Positions 48,557-59,109 are shown, numbered from the stretch's first letter. The stretch: DNA of 64,000 bases from an uncultured Acidobacteriaceae bacterium (GCA_963798035.1 CAWCRW010000005.1:133227-197226), one strand, 5' to 3'. Notes: generated from the sequence alone by a model not told the origin. Translations and numbers: made by a program.

Positions 48557-49588
48557 TTACGCAGGAGCCTTGTTGACCAGGTACTCATCGATCAGCTCTG
48601 CGACCAGCACCGCCGTCGGCACCGAGACCATCGCCCCCACAACTCCCGCCAGCGCCGACCCCAGCAGCAGCGACACCAGGATGGCAAGTCCCGGTAGACC
48701 CACCCTGCTTCGCATAATGCGCGGAACAAGAAACGAGTTCTCAACCTGCAGATAGATGGCATAAAAGATCGCGACGCCGATCACGCGGCCCCATGAGTCG
48801 ATAGCCGCCACCAGCAGCGCAAGCAGAATGCATACCGCCGCGCCAATAATGGGAATCACGTTCAACAATCCAGTCAACGCACCCAGGGCGTAGGCATAGC
48901 GGACACGGAGCGAAAGATAAACAATCGTGCTCGTGATGCCCAGCACCAGCATCAGGCTGCCCTGGCCCAGCAGCCACTTGCCCATCCGCACTTCGGCCCG
49001 CTGCAATGTCAGGTCGAGACGCGAACGGTTCTGCGGCGGGAAGAAGGAAAGAAACCAGCGATACGCATGATCCCCTTCGAGAATGAAATAGATCGTCAGG
49101 ATAAAGCCTGTGATGATCCCGAAGAGTTTCCCGGCCCAGTCTTTGATCGAGACCAGCAACTGCGTGGCAGCGCCGCTCAGGAAATCCTGAATGCGCCGAT
49201 TGATGTCGTCGGGATCGAGATGATCCGCAAACGGAATGCTCTTCAGGCGCTGCAGCAGAATGGGCGTGCGCGACGGCACTTCTTTTGAGAATTCCTGAAG
49301 GTCGTGGATCACTGGCGGCAAAGCAAAAAATCCGAAGGCCACCAGCACCCCCACCACCGCCAGGGGAAGAATCAGAACCGCAACGCCCTTGAAAGGCCGC
49401 CAGCGCCCCACTTGAAGCTTCGAAACAGCCTGTACGATCGGCGCAAGGATCACCGCAAAGAGCGCGCTGACGTAGAGCAACACCAGCACATCCCGAATGA
49501 GCCACGCGACGTAACACGCCAGCCCAAGGACGAAGACAAAGACGATGTCGCTGCGTAGATTACGGCTCTGCGAATTGGTGTCGATCAT
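48557..49588 (-). CDS. AI-2E (PerM/TqsA) family membrane protein
   Basis: Multi-TM; WLLGQ, LNVIPIIG, QVENSFLVPRIM and GVVGAMVSVP motifs. Confidence 0.92.
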   Translation of the reverse strand: MIDTNSQSRNLRSDIVFVFVLGLACYVAWLIRDVLVLLYVSALFAVILAPIVQAVSKLQVGRWRPFKGVAVLILPLAVVGVLVAFGFFALPPVIHDLQEFSKEVPSRTPILLQRLKSIPFADHLDPDDINRRIQDFLSGAATQLLVSIKDWAGKLFGIITGFILTIYFILEGDHAYRWFLSFFPPQNRSRLDLTLQRAEVRMGKWLLGQGSLMLVLGITSTIVYLSLRVRYAYALGALTGLLNVIPIIGAAVCILLALLVAAIDSWGRVIGVAIFYAIYLQVENSFLVPRIMRSRVGLPGLAILVSLLLGSALAGVVGAMVSVPTAVLVAELIDEYLVNKAPA

Positions 49589-49647
49589 CCGTAAGCTTCC
49601 TTGCCGACATCATGCCTTCCGCCCAACGCCGCAACCTAGCCGCAGCG

Positions 49648-50415
49648 TTATTGGTCTCCGCCGAGGATTGAACCAACAATCCCGCCCAGAAGAGCACCAC
49701 CGGCTGCCGGGGCCACTTGCCGGCTTTCGCCGCGCGGCAGGTACTCACTGATCTGATGCGCAAGACGCGAGATTGGCAATGTCTGCAGCCACACCGTGCC
49801 CGGGCCCACCAGTACGGCCAGGAACAAGCCATCCCCGCCAAAGATCATGTTCTTGATCCCGGGAACCATCGTGATCTGGAAACTCACTGACGCCTGGAAG
49901 GCCCCCACGTGGCCCGGATGGACCCGCAACATCTCACCGGGGGCAAGGTTCTTCACAATCAATTCGCCCGAAAGTTCGAGCCACGCCATGCCGATGCCGC
50001 TCAACTTTTGCAGCAGAAATCCGTCGCCGCCAAAGATGCCCGCCCCCAGCGATTGCTGGAATCCGACGCCGATCGCCACCTGGTCCGTCGCGCAGAGGAA
50101 CCCATGCCGATGCACCAGGTATTCCTGGCCCGGCCCTACCTGCACCGGCACAATGTGCCCCGGAACCTTGGTGGCAAACGACACCTCTCCCGGATATTGG
50201 TAGGCCCGGTACTCGGTCATGAAAATGCTTCCGCCTCCCGCCACGCGCTTGAGGATGCCGAACAACCCGCCGCCCCCGCCCATCTGTGTGTGTGTCGTCA
50301 TCTGGATGGAAGCGGTCATCCACGAGAGCTCGCCACTCTCTGAAAACACACTCTCGTTGGGGTCTAGCTGCACATCCAGCACCGGCATGGTGGTGCCTTG
50401 GATCCGGGTCTGCAT
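49648..50415 (-). CDS. AIM24/TIGR00266-family protein
   Basis: L-PNESVFSESG, GGGSIFMTEY, FGGDGFLLQKL and GPGTVWLQTLP motifs. Confidence 0.88.
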   Translation of the reverse strand: MQTRIQGTTMPVLDVQLDPNESVFSESGELSWMTASIQMTTHTQMGGGGGLFGILKRVAGGGSIFMTEYRAYQYPGEVSFATKVPGHIVPVQVGPGQEYLVHRHGFLCATDQVAIGVGFQQSLGAGIFGGDGFLLQKLSGIGMAWLELSGELIVKNLAPGEMLRVHPGHVGAFQASVSFQITMVPGIKNMIFGGDGLFLAVLVGPGTVWLQTLPISRLAHQISEYLPRGESRQVAPAAGGALLGGIVGSILGGDQ

Positions 50416-50769
50416 ACGGGGAATCCTCCTGTTCTCGGCAGTGTACAAGGTGGCGCCAGTTCTCTATAGAGAAAACCAGCCTTGAGAAAACATCAGGACC
50501 CGCGGTGGGTCCAATCTCTTCAAACGCAAATTGCAATACGAATTCCGTTTCCAATGCCTGCAACTCTTGAAACGCAAAACCATCTGCCCCGGTTCCATCC
50601 CCACAAAAATCAAAATGTTTTTCGGATACGCAACACCACCCGCAGATCCGGTTCTGAATTCGCTCCCCGCCGGCTCGCTGCGCCGGGATAGAATCGACCC
50701 CACATCGAATCGAGGCGTGCCGGCAGCAACATCTCCACGAACGGACGCCCCGCGACAACGAGGGAGTTG

Positions 50770-51519
50770 ATGATTGTGCGTGAACGTCGAAGTCGTCCTG
50801 CACCTTGGCGCACAAAAAGGCAAACCACCGCGCTCAGCTGGCTCCTCCCATTCGTCGCGCTCGATTGGGGCTGGGAGTGGGTTGCCTTCGCCCTCAGCAA
50901 CTGGGTCTTCCTCGAGGTCCTGGAATACCTGGGAACATTTTCGGTTCTCGTGGCCGTGATCTTTTATTTTTCCGAAGCGGGCGACCGCGTCAAGCAGCGC
51001 CATTATCAGGCCTGGCAGGTCATCAATACCGCCCAGGGCAAGGGCGGCAGCGGCGGCCGCATCGAGGCCCTACAGGAACTCAACGCAGACAAAGTGCCCC
51101 TGGTCGGAGTCGATGTATCCTCCGCCTTCCTGCAAGGAATCCACCTGCACCGCGCGAACCTGCTGCGCGCCAACTTCAATGCTACCGACTTGCGCAACAG
51201 CGACCTCAGCGATTGCAACTTGACGCTTGCAAATCTAAATTCAGCCAACTTGCGCGGCGCCATATTAGACCATTCCAGCTTTGCCCAGGCAGACCTGCGC
51301 AACAGCGATCTGAACAGCAGCAGCCTGGCGGGCTCCGATCTTTCCGGAGCCGTGCTGGACGACGCCGATCTCCGCGACGCCGACCTCCAAGGCGTCCAGT
51401 GGGAACGTCTCAAGAGTGTCGCGCGAACCAACATCGCGGGAATCCGCAACGCGCCCTCAGGCTTCTCTGACTGGGCCATGAAGAACGGCGCCGTCAACCA
51501 GCCCGACACCGTGGATTGA
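50770..51519 (+). CDS. Pentapeptide-repeat protein with N-terminal TM
   Basis: Run of A(N/D)L-- pentapeptides (ANLLR ANFNA TDLRN SDLSD CNLTL ANLNS ANLRG...). Confidence 0.9.
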   Translation: MIVRERRSRPAPWRTKRQTTALSWLLPFVALDWGWEWVAFALSNWVFLEVLEYLGTFSVLVAVIFYFSEAGDRVKQRHYQAWQVINTAQGKGGSGGRIEALQELNADKVPLVGVDVSSAFLQGIHLHRANLLRANFNATDLRNSDLSDCNLTLANLNSANLRGAILDHSSFAQADLRNSDLNSSSLAGSDLSGAVLDDADLRDADLQGVQWERLKSVARTNIAGIRNAPSGFSDWAMKNGAVNQPDTVD

Positions 51520-51534
51520 GGAGTGTCTCTGCCT

Positions 51535-53055
51535 TCAGCTCAGCGCCAGCTGCCCGATCTGATATTCGCGCGCAATGCCTGTAGGCGTCTCGGAGATTTT
51601 CACGCGCAGATTCCCTTGCGCGTCGCACGAGTATTCTTCCCGCACCACCAGCCCTCGCGAATTAGCAAGCTGCTTCACCGGCTCTGTGGCCAGATCGGCG
51701 CGTCCCGAAAGCTGCGGATCGAACGGGAATTGAATCTGTTCCCAATTCGTGATCTCGCCAATCGGCTGTCCATATTCATCGAGCCGCGAGCACTCAAGAT
51801 AACGAAAGTGGCCAATATTGTGGACCGGCTGGTAGACCCGCTCATGGTGCAACGGCGGTTCGTTCGGTCCAGGCAAACGCGCACCGCGCGGAAAGATCAG
51901 GTCGAAGACAATGGTTCCGCCTGAATCGGCTTCGCGCCACATCCCAAAATTCTGCGTGAACTGCTCCTGCAGCCGATCCGATTCCCCCGCTGCGCGAATC
52001 GCCAACCCAATCGCGCTGGCCGACCGCATGTAGGCCGAGCGCCGCACATTGCGTCCAAACGTCTCGCGTAAGATGCGGGCGACGGCCGGCAGCTCCGAAC
52101 CTCCACCGGTCACATACAACGTGTCGAGCTTGGCGTCGGCATGCGTCTTCAACAGTCTCTCCACGACCTGCCGCGTCGCTTCAATCAGAGGACGGCACCG
52201 CTCGTAATACACATCTACGGGAATCGTCACTTCCTTCACTCCCGGGCGCACGCGCTCAAAATCGATGGTCACTCGGCGCGTATTGGGATTTAACGACTCC
52301 TTCTTTTCGCGGCACTCGTCCAGCAGCCTTCTTCGCTCAAACGAAGAGAAAGCCGGTGTCGGCGAAGCAATCACCACCGCGATATTCGCCAGAATCTCGT
52401 CGAAGTCGTCTCCCCCCAGGTCCGGTATGCCATCCGAAGCTTCAACAATGTTTTCGCCTTCGCCCAGGGTCACGAGCGAAACATCGAACGTCCCGCCGCC
52501 GAGGTCGTAAACCAGCAGGCCGTTCCCCGATTTGCCCTTGCGCTCCGCACTGCTGCGATACCCAAATTCGATGGCCGCCGCCGAGGGCTCATTCACCACC
52601 CCCAGCACCGTGAACCCCGCCGTCTGCGCCGCCGCCTCGGTCAAAAACCGCTGGTTGCTGTTGGCATTGGCCGGCACGCCAATCATCCCTTCAAGAACTT
52701 CGTCCGGCGCGGCGCCCAGATTCGAGTGCTCCAGCAGCTGCGCCCGCAGCGACGTCATCATTTCCGCCATCAGCATTCGCAACGGCACCGATTGGCCGGC
52801 AATCTTGATCTCCGTCTGCGGGCCCGCGGTGCGCAGAGCGCGTTTCAACGAACGCAGAACAGTCCAGCTTTCCTGGTCCTGGACAGCAGCCGCTTCCCAG
52901 CCGTAGACGCGAACGCCATCTTTCGACGCCAGCAGCGGCGGAAACCAATCCCGCATCTGCCCGTCGGGTGTTTCAAAATGCACCAAGGGAAAATTGCCAC
53001 GATCCGCTGCTGCGACGACGATCCGTGTCGTCCCAAAATCAACTCCAATACGCAT
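51535..53055 (-). CDS. Short atypical Hsp70-family protein
   Basis: GVDFGTT, DLGGGTFDVS, LGGDDFD and VTGGGSELP ATPase motifs; C-terminal region short and divergent. Confidence 0.88.
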   Translation of the reverse strand: MRIGVDFGTTRIVVAAADRGNFPLVHFETPDGQMRDWFPPLLASKDGVRVYGWEAAAVQDQESWTVLRSLKRALRTAGPQTEIKIAGQSVPLRMLMAEMMTSLRAQLLEHSNLGAAPDEVLEGMIGVPANANSNQRFLTEAAAQTAGFTVLGVVNEPSAAAIEFGYRSSAERKGKSGNGLLVYDLGGGTFDVSLVTLGEGENIVEASDGIPDLGGDDFDEILANIAVVIASPTPAFSSFERRRLLDECREKKESLNPNTRRVTIDFERVRPGVKEVTIPVDVYYERCRPLIEATRQVVERLLKTHADAKLDTLYVTGGGSELPAVARILRETFGRNVRRSAYMRSASAIGLAIRAAGESDRLQEQFTQNFGMWREADSGGTIVFDLIFPRGARLPGPNEPPLHHERVYQPVHNIGHFRYLECSRLDEYGQPIGEITNWEQIQFPFDPQLSGRADLATEPVKQLANSRGLVVREEYSCDAQGNLRVKISETPTGIAREYQIGQLALS

Positions 53056-53132
53056 ACCCTCAGTTTACCGTGATGCGCTTTTCAAATTGCGTGAAGAAAA
53101 TGCACAATCCAAATCCTTTAGAATGAAAGTGC

Positions 53133-54233
53133 GTGCAAACTATCCATGTTGATACACCCTCTGCCCGATACGACGTCTTTGTAGGGAGCGGCCTTTTGCA
53201 GACCATCGCGCCGCGCGTGCAGCGCATCGCAGGCCGTTTGCCCCGGCGCGTTTTTGTCCTTACCTCTCCCGAAATCTGGGCCCTCTGGGGGGATGCCTTT
53301 CTTGCTTCCTTTGCCGAGCCCCCCATTGCGCTTTTTCTCCCGCCCGGCGAAACCCACAAGACCATGCCGAGCGTGGAGAAGCTGCTGCGCCAGATGATTG
53401 CAGCGGGCGGCGATCGCGGTTCGCTCCTGTTCGCGTTGGGCGGCGGCATCGTCGGCGACGTCGGCGGATTCGTCGCTGCCATCTTCATGCGCGGCATTCC
53501 TTATGTCCAGGTGCCCACAACTTTCCTCTCGCAGGTCGATTCGTCCGTCGGCGGCAAAACCGGTGTGAACCTGCCCGAAGGCAAAAACCTTGTCGGCAGC
53601 TTTCATCATCCGATCGCCGTGTTTGCGGATATCGACGTGCTGGGCACGCTCCCCGAACGCGAACTGCGCGCCGGCCTCATGGAAAGCGTTAAAGCCGGCA
53701 TCATTCGCGATCGCGCCTTGCTCCGCTACATGGAGGAGCATGCCGAAGATATTCTGCGTCGCGATGCAAAATCTCTGGAGAAGGTCATTGCCGCATCCAT
53801 TCGCATGAAAGCCGGCGTGGTCCATCGCGACGAGCGCGAAAATGGCCTGCGCATGATTCTCAACTTCGGCCACACCGTGGGCCACGCCATTGAACAGGTA
53901 ACGCGTTACAAGGTGCTCTTGCATGGCGAAGCCGTCGGCTGGGGCATGATTGCAGCCATCTGTCTCGCCCGCCGGCGCGGCACAATTTCGCTTCCCCAGT
54001 TCCAACGCATGGAAACCCTGATTCATTTCTACGGCGACCTCCCGCCGCTCAAGCTGCGTGCGGCCAAGCTCATCGCAGCCACCGGCAGCGATAAGAAGAA
54101 CGTCAGTGGAGTCCGGCGCTTCGTGTTGCCCATCGGCATCGGCGATGCGGGCGTTGTTGAAGATGTGACCCCCGCCGAGTTGGAAGCCGCCATCGGGTCT
54201 ATGCTGATGCAGGCCCGGGAACGGAAAGCCTGA
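53133..54233 (+). CDS. aroB: 3-dehydroquinate synthase
   Basis: [38 protein letters not shown] and HGEAV motifs. Confidence 0.97.
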   Translation: MQTIHVDTPSARYDVFVGSGLLQTIAPRVQRIAGRLPRRVFVLTSPEIWALWGDAFLASFAEPPIALFLPPGETHKTMPSVEKLLRQMIAAGGDRGSLLFALGGGIVGDVGGFVAAIFMRGIPYVQVPTTFLSQVDSSVGGKTGVNLPEGKNLVGSFHHPIAVFADIDVLGTLPERELRAGLMESVKAGIIRDRALLRYMEEHAEDILRRDAKSLEKVIAASIRMKAGVVHRDERENGLRMILNFGHTVGHAIEQVTRYKVLLHGEAVGWGMIAAICLARRRGTISLPQFQRMETLIHFYGDLPPLKLRAAKLIAATGSDKKNVSGVRRFVLPIGIGDAGVVEDVTPAELEAAIGSMLMQARERKA

Positions 54234-55006
54234 TGCCCGCGCTCGGAGCCAGGCCGGCGGGCTCGCAAGACGAAGCGGCTGCCGCGCAATCCGTCCGTCA
54301 GATGTTTGATTCCATCGCTCCGCGTTACGACTTGCTGAATCATGTGCTGTCGGCCAATGTTGATCGGCTCTGGTGGAGTCGTACCGCGCGGCGCTTCCGT
54401 CCGGTACTCGCCGACACCAACGCGGCCATCCTCGATATCTGTTGCGGCACCGGCGATATGACCATGGCCCTGCTCAAGCTCCGGCCCATGAACGCACGCC
54501 CCATCCTCGCCGCAGATTTTTCCCGCGGCATGCTGATGCGTGGCCGTCAGAAATTCTCGATGCGCCGTCCCCTCGAACCAATCGCCGTCGCGCTCGAAGC
54601 CGACGCCCTCCACCTGCCGCTTCGCTCTGCCTCGCTCGATCTGATCGTGACCGCGTTTGGCTTTCGCAATCTCGCCAACTACGATGCCGGCTTGCGCGAG
54701 TTCCATCGCGTCCTGAAGCCCGGCGGGCAACTCGGCATCCTTGAATTCAGCGAGCCAGGCGGCCTGATCGGCAAGACCTACTCAATCTATTTCCGACATA
54801 TCCTTCCTGCCATTGCAAGACTTCTCGGCGGCAAAAATGCCCCCTATCAGTACCTGCCCGCATCGGTCGGCAGTTTCCCAGCGCCGCACGTCATGTTGGA
54901 CATGCTGACTGCCGCACACTTTACTGAATGTGCCTGGCAGTCCTACACCTTCGGTATCGCGGGGTTGTACACCGCCAAGCGAAGCGCTAGCCTGAAAGCG
55001 CAATGA
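54233..55006 (+). CDS. menG: Demethylmenaquinone methyltransferase (UbiE/MenG)
   Basis: MFDSIAPRYD, LDICCGTGD, FGFRN and LKPGG---ILEFS motifs. Confidence 0.92.
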   Translation: MPALGARPAGSQDEAAAAQSVRQMFDSIAPRYDLLNHVLSANVDRLWWSRTARRFRPVLADTNAAILDICCGTGDMTMALLKLRPMNARPILAADFSRGMLMRGRQKFSMRRPLEPIAVALEADALHLPLRSASLDLIVTAFGFRNLANYDAGLREFHRVLKPGGQLGILEFSEPGGLIGKTYSIYFRHILPAIARLLGGKNAPYQYLPASVGSFPAPHVMLDMLTAAHFTECAWQSYTFGIAGLYTAKRSASLKAQ

Positions 55007-56472
55007 TCCAATCCGCTCCCAGTCCGTCCATTGCCGGCACGCACCTCGCGAGCCCGGCGCCGGACCTCGCAGCAAACTCCGCCGCGAAACGCCGCGTCGC
55101 CCTGCAGTCCGTGTTGGCAGCAGCCGCCATGACGCTGCTCAAACTTGCAGCGGGCTTGTTTTCCGGGTCTCTCGGCATTCTTTCCGATGCGGCCCATTCC
55201 GCACTCGACTTGGCCGGCGCAGCGTTGACCTTCTTTTCCGTGCGCGTCTCGGACAAGCCCGCCGACGAGGGTCATTCCTACGGACACGGTAAGTTTGAAA
55301 ATCTCTCGTCCTTCGGAGAAGCCACCCTCATGGCTGTCTCCTGCGCCTGGATCATCTGGGAAGCGCTTCAGCGCATGGTGCAGCACAGGGTCGAGATCCG
55401 TCATTCCCTGTGGCCGGTCCTGGTTCTCGTCACCTCAATCGCTGTAGACTACTGGCGCTCTCAACAACTCCGCACCGTGGCAGAACGCACCGGTTCGCCC
55501 GCGCTTGCAACAGATGCTTTCCATTTTGCCAGCGACATCTGGTCGACGTTGGCCGTGCTCGCCGGTCTTGGCGCCAGTTGGATCGGGGAAACCTACCGCG
55601 TTGATTGGCTCCGCTATGCCGATCCGGTCGCAGCGGTTGCAGTTTCTCTCATGATCTTGCGTATTACTGCGCGGCTCACGCGCGAGACAGTCGCAGTCCT
55701 CATGGATGAGGTGCCCGCCGAGACGCGGCGGCGTATTGTGCAGGAAGTTGAACGGGTCGACGGCGTCCTCGCAGTGGAGCAGGCGCGCGTTCGACGCGCC
55801 GGCGCCGCTTATTTTGCTGACCTCACGCTCGCATTGCCGAATCGCTACACATTCGAGCACACCGGCGAGTTGGTGCGCGCCGCCACGGCCGCCGTTCAAC
55901 GCGCCCTTCCCTCGGCCGACGTCGTCATTCGCACCGTTCCCCGCCAGGCTCGCGCTGAAAACATCTTCGATCGCGTCCGCGCTGTAGCCGCCCGCAATAA
56001 TGTCAGCGTCCATGAATTGAGCATTCAATCGCACAACGGACGCCTTCGCGTCGAACAGCATGTTGAACTCGACGAAACTCTGCCATTGCTCAAGGCTCAC
56101 GACTTCGTCTCCGCCATGGAGTCGGAGATCCTGCGCGACACGCCGGAGATCGATTCCGTCCTGACCCATATCGAGAGCGAACCCGCCACCATCGAAGAGC
56201 CGGAAGAGAACCTGGTCGAGGATCGCAGGCTCGAAGTGGCGTTGCGCGCTGCGGCCGCGCCCTACGTAGAGATTGTGGATGTGCACGAGATCTCCGTCGT
56301 CCGAACTGGAGAACACGTGTATCTGACATGCCACTGCACCCTGCCCGACGAGCTGCCCATGGCGCGAGTCCACGAAATCATCACGGCGCTCGAAGACCGC
56401 TTCAAGCTGGAGTGCCCCGAAGTGCACCGGGTCACGATTCATCCCGAACCCGTCACCGACAACACGCGCTAA
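55003..56472 (+). CDS. CDF cation-efflux transporter with three C-terminal dimerisation-type domains
   Basis: HSALD and HFASD transport-site motifs, H-YGHGK-E; three repeated beta-alpha-beta C-terminal domains. Confidence 0.9.
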   Translation: MIQSAPSPSIAGTHLASPAPDLAANSAAKRRVALQSVLAAAAMTLLKLAAGLFSGSLGILSDAAHSALDLAGAALTFFSVRVSDKPADEGHSYGHGKFENLSSFGEATLMAVSCAWIIWEALQRMVQHRVEIRHSLWPVLVLVTSIAVDYWRSQQLRTVAERTGSPALATDAFHFASDIWSTLAVLAGLGASWIGETYRVDWLRYADPVAAVAVSLMILRITARLTRETVAVLMDEVPAETRRRIVQEVERVDGVLAVEQARVRRAGAAYFADLTLALPNRYTFEHTGELVRAATAAVQRALPSADVVIRTVPRQARAENIFDRVRAVAARNNVSVHELSIQSHNGRLRVEQHVELDETLPLLKAHDFVSAMESEILRDTPEIDSVLTHIESEPATIEEPEENLVEDRRLEVALRAAAAPYVEIVDVHEISVVRTGEHVYLTCHCTLPDELPMARVHEIITALEDRFKLECPEVHRVTIHPEPVTDNTR

Positions 56473-56492
56473 AACCCTGGAGAAACTTGCAC

Positions 56493-56909
56493 ATGATCGC
56501 GCACAGCGAATGGAAGCAGGACAACATCTTCGAAGGAACAGCCGAAAACGGCAACAAGATTGTCTTCGACGCGGACGCGGCACATGCGCACGGTCCCAGC
56601 CCCATGGAAGCCGTGCTGATGGCCCTCTGCAGTTGCACATCGGTCGACGTGGTGAGCATTCTCAAAAAGAAACGCCAGCCAATCGATGGCTTGCGCGTCT
56701 CCGCGGTGGCAACCCAGGCCGATGCACCGCCGCGCGTCTTCACGCACGTCAAGCTCACCTATGCCGTGCGCGGAAAACTAAGCCGCAAGGCCGTGGAAGA
56801 TGCGGTCTCGCTTTCCAAACACAAGTACTGCTCGGTCTCGCTCGTGCTTGAAAAGGCGGCCACCATCGAATACGAGATCGTGTATCCCGACGGAGAACCG
56901 GAACCATGA
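56493..56909 (+). CDS. OsmC/YhfA-family protein
   Basis: GPSPME---AL-SCT--DV and KYCSV Cys pair; GGAG RBS before ATG 56493. Confidence 0.9.
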   Translation: MIAHSEWKQDNIFEGTAENGNKIVFDADAAHAHGPSPMEAVLMALCSCTSVDVVSILKKKRQPIDGLRVSAVATQADAPPRVFTHVKLTYAVRGKLSRKAVEDAVSLSKHKYCSVSLVLEKAATIEYEIVYPDGEPEP

Positions 56910-57676
56910 GCGGCCGCGCTGTCTTCAATCTTTTTCGCATGGCCTCGCTCATCATGTTTCTGCTCGCCATGGCCATGTTGTCGGCCATCACCACCATGCA
57001 CTTCGCCATCCATGGCGCGGAAGTGCAGGTGCCCTCGCTCAAGGGCATGACCGTCGCCGATGCCCGCAGTCAGGCTGCCGGTATGGGACTGAACTTGAAC
57101 GTCGACAACCGCTATTACTCCGGCGACGTGGCCGCAGGACACGTGCTTTCGCAATCCCCGGCGCCCGGCACCGTGGTGCGACGCGAGTGGCACGTGCGTG
57201 TTGCTGAAAGCCTGGGCCCGCAAAAGGTCGACGTACCGGATACCGTCGGCGTCGATCAGCGTGTGGCTGCGTTTCAATTGCGCCGCGCCGGGCTCGACGT
57301 CGGCATCACAGCTAAGCTCGCGGACAATGGCGTTCCCGAAGGCACCGTGATTTCCCAGGATCCGCCCGCCCATGCGCAGGGCATCGAGCGGCCCAGTGTC
57401 AATCTTCTCGTTGCCGCGCCGGACGACGAAACTGCCGACGGTTACGTGATGCCAGACTTCATCGGAATGCCCATCGTCACCGCGCAGTCGCAACTCGCAA
57501 AAGTCGGCCTCAAGACATTCACTCCCACGTTCGTCGGCGTGTCCATCCCTCCCGTCGGCGCCAACAATGCTCCTCCCGTGCCACCGGTCGCGCCCGGCTC
57601 CGTCATCGCACAACAACCTCCTGCCGGTGCACGCGTGGATCAGACGGCAGAGGTGCGACTGACCGTGGCCAAGTGA
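56906..57676 (+). CDS. Membrane-anchored protein with three PASTA domains and no kinase domain
   Basis: One TM, then VP-L-G, VPD-VG and MPDFIG repeats, each with a V--Q-P--G segment. Confidence 0.88.
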   Translation: MSGRAVFNLFRMASLIMFLLAMAMLSAITTMHFAIHGAEVQVPSLKGMTVADARSQAAGMGLNLNVDNRYYSGDVAAGHVLSQSPAPGTVVRREWHVRVAESLGPQKVDVPDTVGVDQRVAAFQLRRAGLDVGITAKLADNGVPEGTVISQDPPAHAQGIERPSVNLLVAAPDDETADGYVMPDFIGMPIVTAQSQLAKVGLKTFTPTFVGVSIPPVGANNAPPVPPVAPGSVIAQQPPAGARVDQTAEVRLTVAK

Positions 57677-59052
57677 ACGGCACCAATTCGACTGCGAAAA
57701 GCATCAAAAAACCAATGGCTCCGGAAGACAGCAATCAGCCACGGACAAGCGGCGCGTCTGTGATGAGCGGCTATTCGCACGCGTGGCGCGCCCTGCGCCA
57801 TCGCAACTTTCGCCTCTTCTTCGGCGGTCAGAGCATTTCCCTCATCGGCACGTGGATGACACGCATTGCCACATCCTGGCTCGTCTACCGTCTCACCAAA
57901 TCGTCGCTTCTGTTGGGCACGGTAAGTTTCGCCGGCCAAATTCCCACATTCCTGCTCGCACCGGCCGCCGGAGTGATCGTAGACCGCATCGATCGCCGCC
58001 AAGTCCTCGTGTGGACACAAACTCTCGCGATGGTGCAGTCCCTCGCAATGGCTTGGCTCACTCTCGCCCACCGCATCACCATCGCCGAAGTGCTCGCCCT
58101 CAGCGCGATGCAGGGTGTCATCAACGCATTCGACATGCCCGGCCGCCAGTCGTTCATGGTCAAAATGGTGGAGGACCGCGCCGACCTTTCCAACGCCATT
58201 GCCATCAACTCCTCCATGGTCAACATGGCCCGCCTGCTTGGTCCCTCCCTGGCAGGCTTGCTCATCGCCGCCACCGGTGAAGGCTGGTGCTTCCTCGTCG
58301 ACGGCATCAGCTACATCGCGGTGATCGCCTCGCTGCTCATGATGCGAGTTTCGCGCGCGAACGAAGAACGCAAAACAACTTCAATGGTCGCCGAACTACG
58401 CGAAGGATGGACCTACGTCACCGCCTTTGCGCCCATTCGCACCATCCTTCTGCTGTTCGCGCTTCTCAGCTTGATGGGCTGGCCTTTCATGGTATTGATG
58501 CCGATCTTTGCCGCGCAGGTCCTGCACGGCGGCCCGCATACGCTTGGCTTTCTCATGGGCGCCGTGGGTGTTGGCTCGCTGGTCTCCGCGCTGGCTATGG
58601 TCATGCGCCGCTCGGTGCGCGGACTCAGCAAGATGATCCCCATTGCCGCCTGCGCATTTGGAGTCGGTTTGATCTGCTTCGGCTTCTCCACCAGCCTGTG
58701 GCTTTCTCTGCCCGTCATGCTGCTCACCGGGTTCGGCATGATGCAGGGGCTCACCGCCAGCAATACGATCATTCAAACGTTGGTCGACGAAAAAATGCGC
58801 GGTCGCGTGATGAGCTATTACACGATGGCCTTCGTCGGCATGGCGCCCTTCGGAAGTTTGCTCGCCGGCGCATTGGCCCAAGCCATCGGCGCGCCTCACA
58901 CTGTGATTGTCTGCGGCATCGCCTGCATTCTGGGTGGCGCATGGTTCTCATCGCGCCTTCCGCATATTCGCAAAGACATGTGGCCCATCTACGAACGACT
59001 CGGGATCGTTCCCCAGCGAGACCTCGCCGTCGAAGAGGGCGCGCAGAACTAA
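57673..59052 (+). CDS. MFS transporter (EntS/DHA3-like)
   Basis: RALRHRNFRLFF-GQ-IS, G---DR--RR motif A, FD-PGRQS; about 12 TM helices. Confidence 0.92.
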   Translation: MNGTNSTAKSIKKPMAPEDSNQPRTSGASVMSGYSHAWRALRHRNFRLFFGGQSISLIGTWMTRIATSWLVYRLTKSSLLLGTVSFAGQIPTFLLAPAAGVIVDRIDRRQVLVWTQTLAMVQSLAMAWLTLAHRITIAEVLALSAMQGVINAFDMPGRQSFMVKMVEDRADLSNAIAINSSMVNMARLLGPSLAGLLIAATGEGWCFLVDGISYIAVIASLLMMRVSRANEERKTTSMVAELREGWTYVTAFAPIRTILLLFALLSLMGWPFMVLMPIFAAQVLHGGPHTLGFLMGAVGVGSLVSALAMVMRRSVRGLSKMIPIAACAFGVGLICFGFSTSLWLSLPVMLLTGFGMMQGLTASNTIIQTLVDEKMRGRVMSYYTMAFVGMAPFGSLLAGALAQAIGAPHTVIVCGIACILGGAWFSSRLPHIRKDMWPIYERLGIVPQRDLAVEEGAQN

Positions 59053-59109
59053 GGAAATTTCTCACTCGCCACGCCTCGCTCGTAAGATAGCTGAGACACG
59101 AAAGGACAC

